A stretch of DNA of 64,000 nucleotides from Podarcis liolepis (lineage: Eukaryota): the NCBI GenBank assembly GCA_965112155.1, contig OZ218098.1; one strand, 5' to 3'. Under the pieces are notes generated by a model. That model ran no database searches, was not told the DNA's origin, and worked only from the letters and a program-made list of their open reading frames with translations. Below, piece after piece: positions 22,601-33,039 of the stretch. The position numbers were made by a program, and so were the translations under genes. Positions within the stretch are counted from its first letter, which is position 1; the number at the start of each line of letters is the position of its first letter.

Positions 22601-25600
22601 TCAGAACTGTGGAGCCAAAAGTGACCATGGGGTTCATCTCATCCAACCCCCTGCAACGCAGGAATCTCAACGAATGCATTACGCTTTCAAGTATTTTTCA
22701 TCCACAGGAAAAAGGCATCCATAAAGTTTAATACAGGAGATCATTATTAATTTTTTGCTTGTTTGCAGTTCTCCTTTATGTTCACAAAATGCACAGCCTT
22801 CAATGCAATCCTACGCACCTACTTAGAATATGCCCCACCAACTTCAATGGGACTTATTCCCATGTAAATGTGTAGAGGGTTGCAACTTCAATGAGCAAGA
22901 GGGAAAGGTTCTCGAAACCTTGTATGTCTCTCTCTTATATAATATGATGGCTAAATATTGAGGTATGACAGCTACATATTGCAAAATGGGGTAACAGGAT
23001 CAAACTCGCGATTACAGGCAATTAATATGCATAGTCTTCCCATTTGAATTCCTATGAAGCCTAATGGTTTAATTAAGGTGAGCACTGCCTCTGGCTTTTG
23101 ATTTCATCTTTTGATTTCATCAGGTAAGCCTGTACAAACAATGGGATATAATGAAAAAAATGGATGATAGCCAATGCTAGTCATACAAGTAGATCCACTG
23201 AAATCTTGTCAATTGGTTTAAATGGGTCTACTCTGTGCATGACATCGCTGGATATCACCCAGTGAGTGTGATGAGGTGGAAAGCATGAGTTCAAATGCTT
23301 GTTTATCCACGAACAGCATCAATCCCATGTCAGTAAAATGGAAATCATCATAGCTTACTTCAAAAGATTGCTGAGAGGACATATACTGACTAGATAAAGC
23401 TCCCTGAGCACAGTAGCATGATTAACTGTAATGAGGCAGAAATTCCTATTCTGATGAGCTACATACCGTATTTTTCGTCCCATAGGGCGCTCCGTCCCAT
23501 AGGACGCACCTAGTTTTTTGGGGGGGAAATAAAGGGAAAAAAAATCCCTTTATTTCCCCCCCAAAAGCAGGTCGGGGAAACAGAACGAGGTCAAGGAACA
23601 GCGGGATGGCGGCGCTGCGCCTCCCTGCTGTCCCCCGAGCTTGTGGGGCTGGCCGATGTCTGCCCCGCGCGAGGGGTGCTCTGCATCAGGGCACCCCGCC
23701 CGCTGGGCGGCAGGCTGCTATCCGCAGCGTGGGGAGCCCTGCGGGGAACTCCTGCAAGGCTCCCCACGCTGCAGATGTCTACCTGGCGCGGGGGGCGCTC
23801 TGCTTCGGGGCGCCCCTCGCGCTGGGCAGCAGGCTGCTATCCGCAGCGTGGGGAGCCTTGCGGGGAACTCCTGCAAGGCTCCCCACGCTGCAGATGTCTG
23901 CCTGGCACGGGGGCGCTCTGCTTCAGGGCGCCCCTCATGCTGGGCGGCAGGCTGCTATCCGCAGCGTGGGGAGCCTTGCGGGGAACTCCTGCAAGGCTCC
24001 CCACGCTGCGGATGTCTGCCTGGCGCGGGGGGCGCTCTGCTTCAGGGCGCCCGACGCTCCGGGAAGCAGGCTGCTATCCACAGCCTAGACATCCCTGCGG
24101 GACCTCCCGCAGGGCTGCCTAGGCTGCGGATGTCTTCCTGAAGCCTGGAGAGCGAGAGGGGACGGTGCGCACCAACCCCTCTCGCTCTCCAAGCTTCAGC
24201 AAAAGCCTGCATTCGCCCCATAGGACGCACCCAGATTTCCCCTTCATTTTTGGAGGGGGAAAAGTGCGTCCTATAGGGTGAAAAATATGGTAATTTGTAA
24301 ACTCATTTTCAGCTAATGATTTTAGCTTCTGGCTATTACACTGAGTTCATTTTTTTCAGTATTATCCTGATTGCACAGCACAGATTCCTAGGTTCAGAAA
24401 AGTCACAACCCAGATATATTTTACAACATGAAATATGGAACAAGCAGTGCATAGCACAAGGAGACTGAATAGTAGTGGCTACTACTCTATCCTTCTCAGT
24501 ATACCCACCAGAACTCCTTGATGGGACTGGAGCTTCATATTATATGGCTTACCAGTCTCGATATAAATTTATAAAATGTAACAAAAATAAGATTGGAAGA
24601 AACCAGCCTTGCATTCATGTCACACTTGGCTGTGACAAAAACTTGTGATATATATTATATTCTACCAAATAACTTTACTCACACCAGGAGTAACAAACAG
24701 ATCATTTAATATCACATCATATCATCCCAACAAATCATAGAAGAAACAAAACGAACATGACTACATTGCTATTCACACATTAAAACACTTCTTAAATGTT
24801 TGTTTGAGGGGGCGGATATGGTGACGCAAATCTAAATGGCAAGGTTCTGATCAATCTTAGATCCTGTTGTTATCCATGTAATCTTTATGCCAAACACCAA
24901 ACTTCCAAGATTACATGGCATTCTGAATCAAAGGCTATGTTTACTCTATGCAACATGACAGACACATCCACCCACCCTTAGAATACACGAATTCCATACC
25001 AATGCTTGTGTGTACATATGTCAGTTCTTTTTATTTCTCACTTGAAATATCATCGTTTTAAGAGAAAAAAGTTTTCTGGCCCTAGATGAAGCAAAGTCTA
25101 GAAAGTAGTGGGTAAGATGCATACATGATTCCCAGGAACTAAACTAAATCTTTTGATGAACTCCTGGGTCTCAGGGAATATGTTTGTTCAAGGCCAAAGT
25201 AGCTAACGTAGGGAGGGAAGTGATGTTGGTGGGCAAGGCCTTCAAGGGCAGGGTAAGGGTGTTGTATACACAGCTATTCTGCTATCACAGAGTATAGTTC
25301 AGAGAATTACCGTATTTTTCGCTCTATAACACGCACCAGACCATAACACGCACGTAGTTTTTAGAGGAGGAAAACAAGAAAAAATATATTCTAAACGAAA
25401 TAGTGGATATATGATTTTTGTGGTTCATGCTGTGGCCACAGACATGTGATCTGACAATGAGTTTGGAGTAGCCGAATGCAAAAATCCTGAGGATCCATGC
25501 TTTGTAACCACGGAGGAAGGAAGGAAGGGGAACCATGGATCCTCTGCTCACGACTGCAGCAGATCCCCCCCGCCACCCGCAAGCATTCGCTCCATAACAC

Positions 25601-28099
25601 ACACAGACATTTCCCCTTACTTTCTAGGAGGAAAAAAGTGAGTGTTATGGTGCAAAAAATACGGTACTCTGGTAAAGAGAAACACTATTCCTTAAAAGGG
25701 ACCCGTTCCCAGGGAGGGAGAACATAGATATGGTGGGCACAATGGAAACGTGGTGGGATAGAGAGAACTAATGTGGGACACTTCTCTCTGGATAGTGACC
25801 GTGAAAGTGGAGATGCCCTAAAAACCTTAGTAGGAGAAAGCTGAACTCTGCTGAAATAGTTCAATGACTTTGGTTGTCAGCATATTTTACAATTCTTTGT
25901 GAGTACTGTTGCACTTGTGGCTGATTACAGACTTCCCATAGGAATCAGGATGACCAATGTGAAAACAGGATGATGGACTAGATGGGACTCTGTTTCGATC
26001 CAGAAGGCTGTTATGTTCTTATGCTATGATAACCTGATTATTGTGAACTAAGACCTTGTGTCTTTTCCTTCTCAGCTACCTCCTCCCCAATTTACTGCAC
26101 AGCAAGTTCCTCATTTATTCTGCTACCTTGAAAGCTTTATACACTCTCTCTTTCTGAGAATGTTTTGTCCACAATTTTTTAAGACCTTCCATGTTCAGCT
26201 ACTCCTTTCAGCTGTTCCTTCTAGGTGTAGGCAGCTCGCTGATACATTTTTGCTGCTCCTCTCGCCAAAAGATTCAATAGTGAGGTAGTCACTAATTCAG
26301 CACCTTCAGAGTTCTTCTCTGGAATGAAGTACTCATCTTGCAAATACGTTTCCCATACATTTCTTCTCAACTGGACATATACTGAATCCAAACTTCCCAT
26401 CATTCAAATCAATAACTTTGAATTCATCTTATATTCCTGCCTTTCATTTTTACAATGCTAAATTTGTCCATTGCTTCAGTTCTTCTTTCCTTTAACCCCA
26501 ACACTCAAATCTGACCTTTCAAGTTCCTTTGTTCTTCCTTATTTGACATACTGTAACTATAACAGCCTTTCTTGATCCATATCTCCATCTTTTACTCAAG
26601 TTCTCCCACTGGCCTTTTAGTTAACTGTGTTTCAAAGTCAAATGCTTTCAGTCAGACTGACTGTGCAATCCTAACTCACAGATATACTGGATAGAGGAGG
26701 TTACGATGTGGCATATTTCCCAACACTCCCTCCCTGCTGTCCAAATGAGCTGACATGAAGGACTTACTCTGGCATATCTACTTACATTAGCTGAAAGTGT
26801 TAGTTAAATTGGCAGAAGTTACACCACTGTTGAGGCCAAAAATGGGTATGTCAAGGTCAGGAAGAGGGGCAAACATTGCATCCTAATTCCCTTCAATCAC
26901 TGATCCTGTATAGGGTTCAGTGTACCTACACCACCAAAATTGCAGGTGTGATTAAAATCTGCCCCATACGAGTCAATGGAAGAGCAGAAAATGATCCAGC
27001 CAAGAGCAATTATGATGCAGCTTACCGTAATTTACACTGGAAATATGCCAGTGTGCCTGCCTGGTTAGAATTGCTCCTACTTACCATGCCCCAACAGGTA
27101 TTTTACTTTTTGTTATTCTTTCTCACAGAAAAAATCGCTCAGATCTATCCATCCCAAACAGAGTAATAAAGAAGAAAAGGGGAAACTGTGATGGCTGAAT
27201 GTTAATTACAGTTAATTAGGATGTAACCAGATAATTGCTGCAAAACAGAGATATTGTCCCATGCCAGCTGGTGATAAGACAGTGGCACTTTATCTTGGTG
27301 GCCCGTTACCACACAGGTTAAAACTGGGGGGGGGGGGGGGCAATTATTTGCAACACCCAAAGCCACGGACGATCATTAACGAGGATCCCGTCATGCATAA
27401 ACATTCCGACTAGACAAGACAAATGCGCTGTGCGGCACCGAAGCAGGTGACCCCTGGTTCCGGGCAGAGCGGAGAGGGGCATCGTTGCAGTCATCCGCGG
27501 TGCGAGGTCAACCGGGGTCACACCTGCTCAACAAACCTTCGCCGTTACCGCGTAGGCTGCTGTAGGGGGACGACACCCGCCGATACAGAGACACAAGAGA
27601 CCCGCGTTATATTAGGCGTCGCCAAGCTGTCGCGCTGCGCTTCAACCTTCAGAGCCACCTTCACGCCCGACAGGATCCCCTGCCGCCCTTGGGCTCCGAG
27701 GTGCCCGACGGCCGCCGTTCAGTTCCATGCCTGACCTCGCCTCGCCCTGAAAACGGGCAGGGCCCGGAGGCAACGGGAGGCGCCCCAAGATAAGAGCCGC
27801 TCCCCGCTCGCCTCCAGCAGCCCGTTCGGAGCCTTCCGTTAGCCACGGGCAAGAGGCAGCGGGGCGAGGCGAGGCAGGGCAAGGCAGCCTTCCCCCGGGC
27901 ACGACTGCGGCCTCCCCCGCCTCGCCGCCCCGCGTCCCCCCGTTGCCCTTGGTGCCCGTCAGCACCTTCGCGGCAGCCCCAGCCCACGACCTGCCGCTCC
28001 GTCTTCCCCTGCGGGAGGCGGTACCTGCCGAGCGGCGCAGAACGAGCGCCCGAGCGCCCGGTTGAGGCAGCGAGCCCGGGCCAGAGAAAGAAGCAGCAT
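10490..28099 (-). CDS. DLST: Dihydrolipoamide S-succinyltransferase (E2 of 2-oxoglutarate dehydrogenase), complete, 15 exons, 460 aa
   Basis: Exons (5'->3'): 28099-28025, 22393-22360, 21011-20963, 20484-20429, 19459-19385, 19078-19023, 18368-18257, 17476-17318, 17042-16966, 16173-16076, 14056-13926, 13424-13351, 12867-12784, 11849-11682, 10624-10490. Total 1383 nt, all GT-AG and in frame. Encodes a transit peptide, lipoyl domain (EIETDK), Ala/Pro linker and catalytic TYDHRLIDG. Confidence 0.97.
10983..11123 (+). mobile_element. SINE with tRNA-Ile-like head and CR1-like tail
   Basis: Head resembles tRNA-Ile(AAT); body and tail shared with the tRNA-Lys SINEs. Confidence 0.7.
11215..11540 (+). 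mobile_element. L2-type LINE 3' end with (AATAAC/AAT)n tail
   Basis: agggccttctcggtagtggcgcccgccctgtggaac ([12 protein letters not shown]) followed by a microsatellite tail. Confidence 0.6.
11682..11849 (-). CDS. DLST: DLST exon 14 ([22 protein letters not shown]...VAVGGK)
   Basis: Conserved sequence; canonical splice sites. Confidence 0.97.
12784..12867 (-). CDS. DLST: DLST exon 13 ([28 protein letters not shown])
   Basis: Conserved sequence; canonical splice sites. Confidence 0.96.
13351..13424 (-). CDS. DLST: DLST exon 12 ([25 protein letters not shown])
   Basis: Conserved sequence; canonical splice sites. Confidence 0.96.
13926..14056 (-). CDS. DLST: DLST exon 11 (NIQEMRARH...QEQPVVNG)
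   Basis: Conserved sequence; canonical splice sites. Confidence 0.96.
16076..16173 (-). CDS. DLST: DLST exon 10 ([32 protein letters not shown])
   Basis: Highly conserved start of catalytic domain. Confidence 0.96.
16197..16437. mobile_element. Tigger/pogo-like MITE next to the DLST exon 10 acceptor
   Basis: Degenerate TIRs taatcaaacctcag / ccgaggtttgtctg with TA ends; related degenerate copy at about 62208-62464. Confidence 0.65.
16582..16837. mobile_element. Tc1/mariner (Tigger/pogo-like) MITE with internal templated insertion
   Basis: TIRs cagtggtacctcgggtta / taacccgaggtaccactg; TA TSD. Confidence 0.88.
16966..17042 (-). CDS. DLST: DLST exon 9 ([26 protein letters not shown])
   Basis: Canonical splice sites; in frame. 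Confidence 0.92.
17318..17476 (-). CDS. DLST: DLST exon 8 (Ala/Pro-rich linker)
   Basis: [16 protein letters not shown]...DSKP; tttag acceptor, gtgag donor. Confidence 0.93.
18257..18368 (-). CDS. DLST: DLST exon 7 ([11 protein letters not shown]...LFKLRKTG)
   Basis: End of lipoyl domain; canonical splice sites. Confidence 0.95.
19023..19078 (-). CDS. DLST: DLST exon 6 ([19 protein letters not shown], lipoyl-Lys)
   Basis: ETDK lipoylation motif; canonical splice sites. Confidence 0.95.
19385..19459 (-). CDS. DLST: DLST exon 5 ([24 protein letters not shown])
   Basis: Start of lipoyl domain; canonical splice sites. Confidence 0.95.
20429..20484 (-). CDS. DLST: DLST exon 4 ([18 protein letters not shown])
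   Basis: ctccag acceptor; gtaagt donor. Confidence 0.9.
20963..21011 (-). CDS. DLST: DLST exon 3 ([15 protein letters not shown])
   Basis: tttacag acceptor; gtaagt donor; 49 nt. Confidence 0.88.
22328..22352. repeat. (CAT)n microsatellite beside the DLST exon 2 donor
   Basis: About 8 CAT units. Confidence 0.8.
22360..22393 (-). CDS. DLST: DLST exon 2 ([11 protein letters not shown])
   Basis: cagcag acceptor; G|gtgagt donor; 34 nt. Confidence 0.85.
23466..24290. mobile_element. Tc1/mariner-type non-autonomous element containing a GC-rich 118-119 bp tandem repeat
   Basis: TIRs ccgtatttttcgtcccatagggcgc / gcgtcctatagggtgaaaaatatgg; TA TSD; repeat units start at 23655, 23774, 23893 and 24011. 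Confidence 0.85.
25310..25664. mobile_element. Tc1/mariner-type MITE, a short derivative of the family at 62972-63983
   Basis: TIRs ccgtatttttcgctctataacac / gtgttatggtgcaaaaaatacgg; TA TSD. Confidence 0.87.
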
Positions 28100-28410
28100 C
28101 GCGGAGGCGGCGGCAGAGGCGGCAGGAAGAGCCCCAGGGCGCACACCGGAAGCAGGCCCGGCAGAGGCCGGATGCAGCCTGGGATCGACCAACCGCGGCT
28201 CGAGAAAGGGGCAGGGCGCGACGGGCTGTACCAATCGCGGCTCCCCGAAGCACAAAGGGAGGGCGGGGTGAGGAGAAGTCGGGGAGCAGAACGGCCCTGA
28301 GAGCGAGGAGAGCGGCAGCCGGCGTAGACCCTACAAGAGTGAAGAGGAGCACGCGGCGTCCAGCTTCCGAGTCGATTGTAAAGGCCGCTTTTAGCCTCTG
28401 CCGGAGCGCA
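27420..28410 (-). promoter_or_regulatory. CpG island / DLST promoter with GC boxes and duplicated CCAAY-CGCGGCTC motifs
   Basis: Very high GC and CpG density around DLST exon 1; GGGCGGGG at 28261; accaaccgcggctc (about 28188) and accaatcgcggctc (about 28230). Confidence 0.85.
28025..28099 (-). CDS. DLST: DLST exon 1 ([25 protein letters not shown])
   Basis: ATG in CpG island; Arg-rich mitochondrial presequence; CAG|gtacc donor. Confidence 0.88.
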
Positions 28411-31400
28411 AATGAAGCAAATGGGCAACAGTAGTGGCTGTGCTTGTGCCAGCGTGCTGTTCCTCCCTCAAGCAAAACACACACTCAAAAAAGATCTTTC
28501 TAACTGTAGAATATATGTATATATAGCTCCAGGAGAACCCCTCTCCATTAAACAAGTTGTCACTCTATTTTTTCTATCTCTGTGGGCTCCAGATCTTGCC
28601 CTGCATCTTCCATTCCTGCAGTCGTGTGCGTTTCCCTCAAAAGCATTTGCAGAGGCGAGCCCTCGAACAACGAGGGCTGTGCTCTGGGAAGTGGGGCTGC
28701 AGGGGCAGAACTGGACACGAAACTTTCCTTCTTAGTTAATCACACTGGGCCAAAGCTGTCAACGGTTTCCTTTTCTTAAGGGAAATTCCCGTATTCCGAA
28801 CAGGATTCCTCGCAAGAAAAGGGAAAAGTTGACAGCTATGCCCCGCACCCCCATCTGCTTCGCGGTTTGCGTGGGCGGCTGCAGAAAGGAAGGAAAGGGA
28901 GGCAAGTTTCCTGCCACGACCTTCCTTATTTTTGGATCTAAGTCACTGCTCTTTCTTTGCACACAAGCACACAAGCACACTGTAAACGCAACAGTTACTT
29001 TGCTGGATGTAAGATCCAGGATTCATCTAGTCCAGCCTCCTGTTTCCAACGGTGGGCAGCCCAATGCCTACGAGCTCATAAGCGAGACAGGATAGCACTG
29101 TCTTTCCGCCAAGGTTGGCTCAATACGTTTTGCAGCCTGATGTGAAGGACAAATCGATGCCTTGCTTCACACGCAAAGGCTTACTGGAATGGCACTGAGG
29201 ACAGGACAGAACCTTTCATTTCACCTGAGACAGGAGGCTTGTTCAGGGAGCTCAGGACAGGCTTGGTGGCATCCACATTTCTGGAAGCTCAGGCGGAATG
29301 GCCGGGTGCTGCCGCCCCACACTTGCCACCTGAAGAGATTGCCCCACCCCTGCCTAGTGGCAGGCCAGCAGTGCCACTCACCTAGCCAAAGTGGCAAAGT
29401 TTATGCCCCCCCCCCCTGCAAGGCAGAGCAATACAAACCCCTGTTGGGAAGTGGTGAGGTATGAAGAAGAGCAGTGCAGGTACCGCTGTATCCGCAGCTC
29501 ACCCATGCTACCTAGGGCAGAAAGTGGGGGGCAAACAAAAAGCTTTCGGGATTTTCCACACCCACCCACACATTTGGTGGGCAGAAAAGGGAACTCCATT
29601 GGTAGAGGGCAGCAGAGCTGTTTGAGACTCAGTGAAGTGAATCCTCTGCCTCATCTGCCACCTTACTGTGAATTAAGGATTTTTAAAAATCTTTTTATAT
29701 CTTTTTATTATATTTAAAGCTAAGAAGGTGGTTTCAGAAATTACTGAGACTCAGCACTGATCAATTGGTCAGTCAAGTCCTCATTTGGCTGACAATACTT
29801 GAGAGTAACTTCCATTTTTTGTTTGAAAGAGCAATTATTGTTCAAATGACTCTTTGAGGTGGGATTCATTCACATACCATCAAATGTAGGTTGTGCTATT
29901 GGAGCTCTTCCACAACAAACCCATGTCCCCTAAATTTGGCTTTTTGCAATAAAGTGTAGGATAATAACTCTTGCTTGAACTAACCTCTACACAAACAAAT
30001 AAGAAAGAATGCTCAATAAATAGCTGCCATCTAATCTCCCTGCAAACAAATCAAAATGAATACTGAAGAAACAGGTTGTCCGGGAGCAACCACAGTGTAA
30101 ATGTTAAATCCCACATGTGAACTGCACCTGATGGTTGCATTTCTGTTTTACATATTCATAGGCTTCCTCAAGCTGGTTGGCTGCTGTTGGCCTTCCTCAC
30201 AGCCCTGTGACTGGTGCTGCAGTTAGAGGGATCTTTAATGACAGCACCACTGATTCAGTGCCCTCTTTCTCAGTAAACGGGTCTGCAGATGCTGTAAAAG
30301 TACAGAGTAGCATTCCATATACCTTTGCCAGCCAAGGTAAGTGGTCAATGCTACACAATCTCCGTGTGGAGAGATGTTGTGGGGTCCCCCCCCCCAATAA
30401 GGTTTAACTTTGCAGATTTTAGATAGAAAGACTGTAGAAGCAAATTGTTTTTAAAATATCTCTGACAATACCTTTTAATCATGCTTTTTCTTTTAGAATC
30501 TCCTTTAAAAAGCTTTTCAATTGCAGTTTGAGGGTATGAAAAAGCAACTTTGATGATTTGGGTAGCGTTTGATTGCTGAGAAGGATTTAAGAAGTGTCAA
30601 TACTCTGACTATTTGCAGAGATCTTAAGAAAGTTTGATGAAGTACCCAGACATTTGGGTGCGTGTCTCAGAGAAATTTGGGTCTGAATTCAGGACTGAGT
30701 CATGATGAATTTGTCAGGATTCCTCTTGAGAAAACTTTTTGAGAAAGGTTGTTTTGGAAAGGGCATCAGATTATTTCAATATCTTGAGAGAATGTCTTAC
30801 TGTTCAATGTCTTCAGTGTGCAGTGAGAGGTTTGGCTGTTTGGTAAAGTACCTGTGGCAGCTGATGGAAATAGTTTCTCACAGTACAGTAGCTGTGTTTT
30901 TACATTCTTTAGAGATTTCTGGAGGAGACTATAAGGATGCAGATAGTAACTCTAGATATAACATGGTCACGACTGGTGAGCATGCTTGCATTGGCACAAA
31001 TGTGGGGGTTCATTCCATAAAGGACCTACCCTGATGAACATCTGACTCCTGTAATTCAGTCAACATTGGCATATTCACTGTAGCCAAAATCGGCGTAGAA
31101 GGTGCAAAAGAGTGCCAGAAATAATGCCGTGATTAGATAGGAGGGTAGATTTCAGTTAAATGTTCAGAAATTCTTACTCATTATAAGAACAGTTTAGCAG
31201 TGCCACAGGCTAATGGGAATGTTGTAGAATCTCTTGGGGGATGCTTCTTAGAATATATGATATACCACTTTGGGGCTGGGTGTAGAATTTTCCAACTCTT
31301 CCAGCTCTATTGTTTGTTTTCTCTAGACAGACTGTAGTATTTGAACAGAGATGCAAGATGAATAAAGGAAAGAATCATTTCCGTACATATGGAAGGCTTG

Positions 31401-31605
31401 TGATTTTTATAAAATACTAGATAGTATATATTCTCTTCCTTTCTTTTGCTGCTCCAGATTTCTGGCCTTCAAAAGTGATTTTTAAAAAAGAAAAGTCATC
31501 ACCTATTATGTTGCATTCATACGTTGTGCCTGTATTACAATCTCCTTACCTAATAATTCCTACTATTTTGTAGGATACTAACCCTGCATCTCAAAGGAGA
31601 AAGAT

Positions 31606-33039
31606 ATGAATGGGAATCCTATTGCTGATCATTATGATTACAGACCTACTTCTGGACATGCTGGTGGACAGAAAGGAGACACTTGTGTTGAAAGAGACGG
31701 TTTCTTTTCTCCTGCTTCTTACTATGCATCCATAATATCACATCTCCTCAGCCAGCCAGAACCTAACGGTGAGCTAGATCCTAGCTTTCTTCTCCCTTCC
31801 TCACAGAAAACTGAACTGCTGTTCCAAAGTGCTGGGAATGGCACATGTTCCAGGGAAGCCTCCTCCCCGAGTCCTGACTGTGGCTTGATTAACTCTAGTC
31901 AGTTCCATAATGAACACCTGCAAGCTAAGAGGGCCAGGGTGGAAAATATTATCCGGGGAATGAGCCTGACACCAAACCCTATAGTGCCTGGTATCCAAGT
32001 GGAAGGAGGTCAAAACCATTTAGAGAAAGTAAAGGGGAGCTATAGAGAGAACAAGAGAAAGCAGAGAGTTCCTCAGCAGCAAAGTCTACATGATATTTCT
32101 CTGGCAAGAGCTGGCCAAAATGGTATTCAAGTGGAAGAATGCCTCCAGCTGAAAAAACAGCTCCACATTTTGCAACAGCAGCTGAAGCAACTACAAGAGA
32201 GGTTTGTTCAGTCTCATGAGCTGAATGATTCCAGTCCAAGCCAAGGAAGCATGGAGAAGACTTTGGGTTTGCTGAAGGAGAAGTTTGGACAAAGCTTGGA
32301 TAGCGGTAGTCAAGGCGTTTCAAGTGGCCATCGCAGAGATCGTTTTTGTAGAAGCATCCCCAAGACGAGAGGATCTGAATGGTCAGAGAAAGGAACTAGA
32401 ACAGCAGATTCGCATAGTCTGACTTCAGAAGACAGAGCTCTTTCAGAGATATTGAAACGTGAGTTAATACAGGTGGTGACACAGGCTGTGGACTCTGTTT
32501 TGAAGCAAGTATTGCCTGAATCCCTAAACCCTCAGCCCCATCTGCCAAGTAGTCCCACAGTAACAGCCTCCTCTACTGGGAGAGAATTTACAGGTGCTGC
32601 AGGAAGTGCATCCAGCAAATGGCTTCCTAAGATTTCTTCCCATAAAAGCACCATGTCGGTAGCCACAGAAAAACCTCCAGCTTTTCCTTCTTATCCCATC
32701 CGCTCAAAAATGGAGAGAAAACCCTGCCAAGTACCACCCGTGAATTATCCCTTGGTCATGACCTCTGAAGTTCAAGGAAACAGTATTTTTGGCCAAATGC
32801 TGCTATGTGGTCAGAATAGCCCTTGGGGCAGCCCGTCTCCAAAAATGGTCCCTTCTCCAGAATGCTTAGATAGGCCATGGCGACCAATCAAACTGAAGTC
32901 ATCTGTCATGAGACACCAACGATGTCCAACACCCTACAAATCTGCTGAAATTGAAAGTTTGGCCTCTCTTCCAGCTTCAGATTCAGAGTGGGCCGAAATG
33001 CAGGCTTTGATGGATGGAATGTACTTCCCTTCAACACAT
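31606..33039 (+). CDS. PROX2: PROX2 first coding exon (478 codons)
   Basis: Within ORF 31606..33090; ends at the U12 donor ATATCCTT (33040); upstream acceptor tttgtag at 31573 implies a non-coding upstream exon. Confidence 0.92.

Noticed and set aside
23606-24141. Three overlapping ORFs of about 160 aa with repeats; CRISPR-like appearance
   Set aside because: These arise from a GC-rich, stop-poor tandem repeat inside a transposon. Units have no unique spacers, there are no cas genes, and the DNA is vertebrate.
27642-28484. Long ORFs (280 and 255 aa) over the DLST promoter
   Set aside because: CpG-island stop-codon depletion explains them; only the 75-nt DLST exon 1 is supported as coding.
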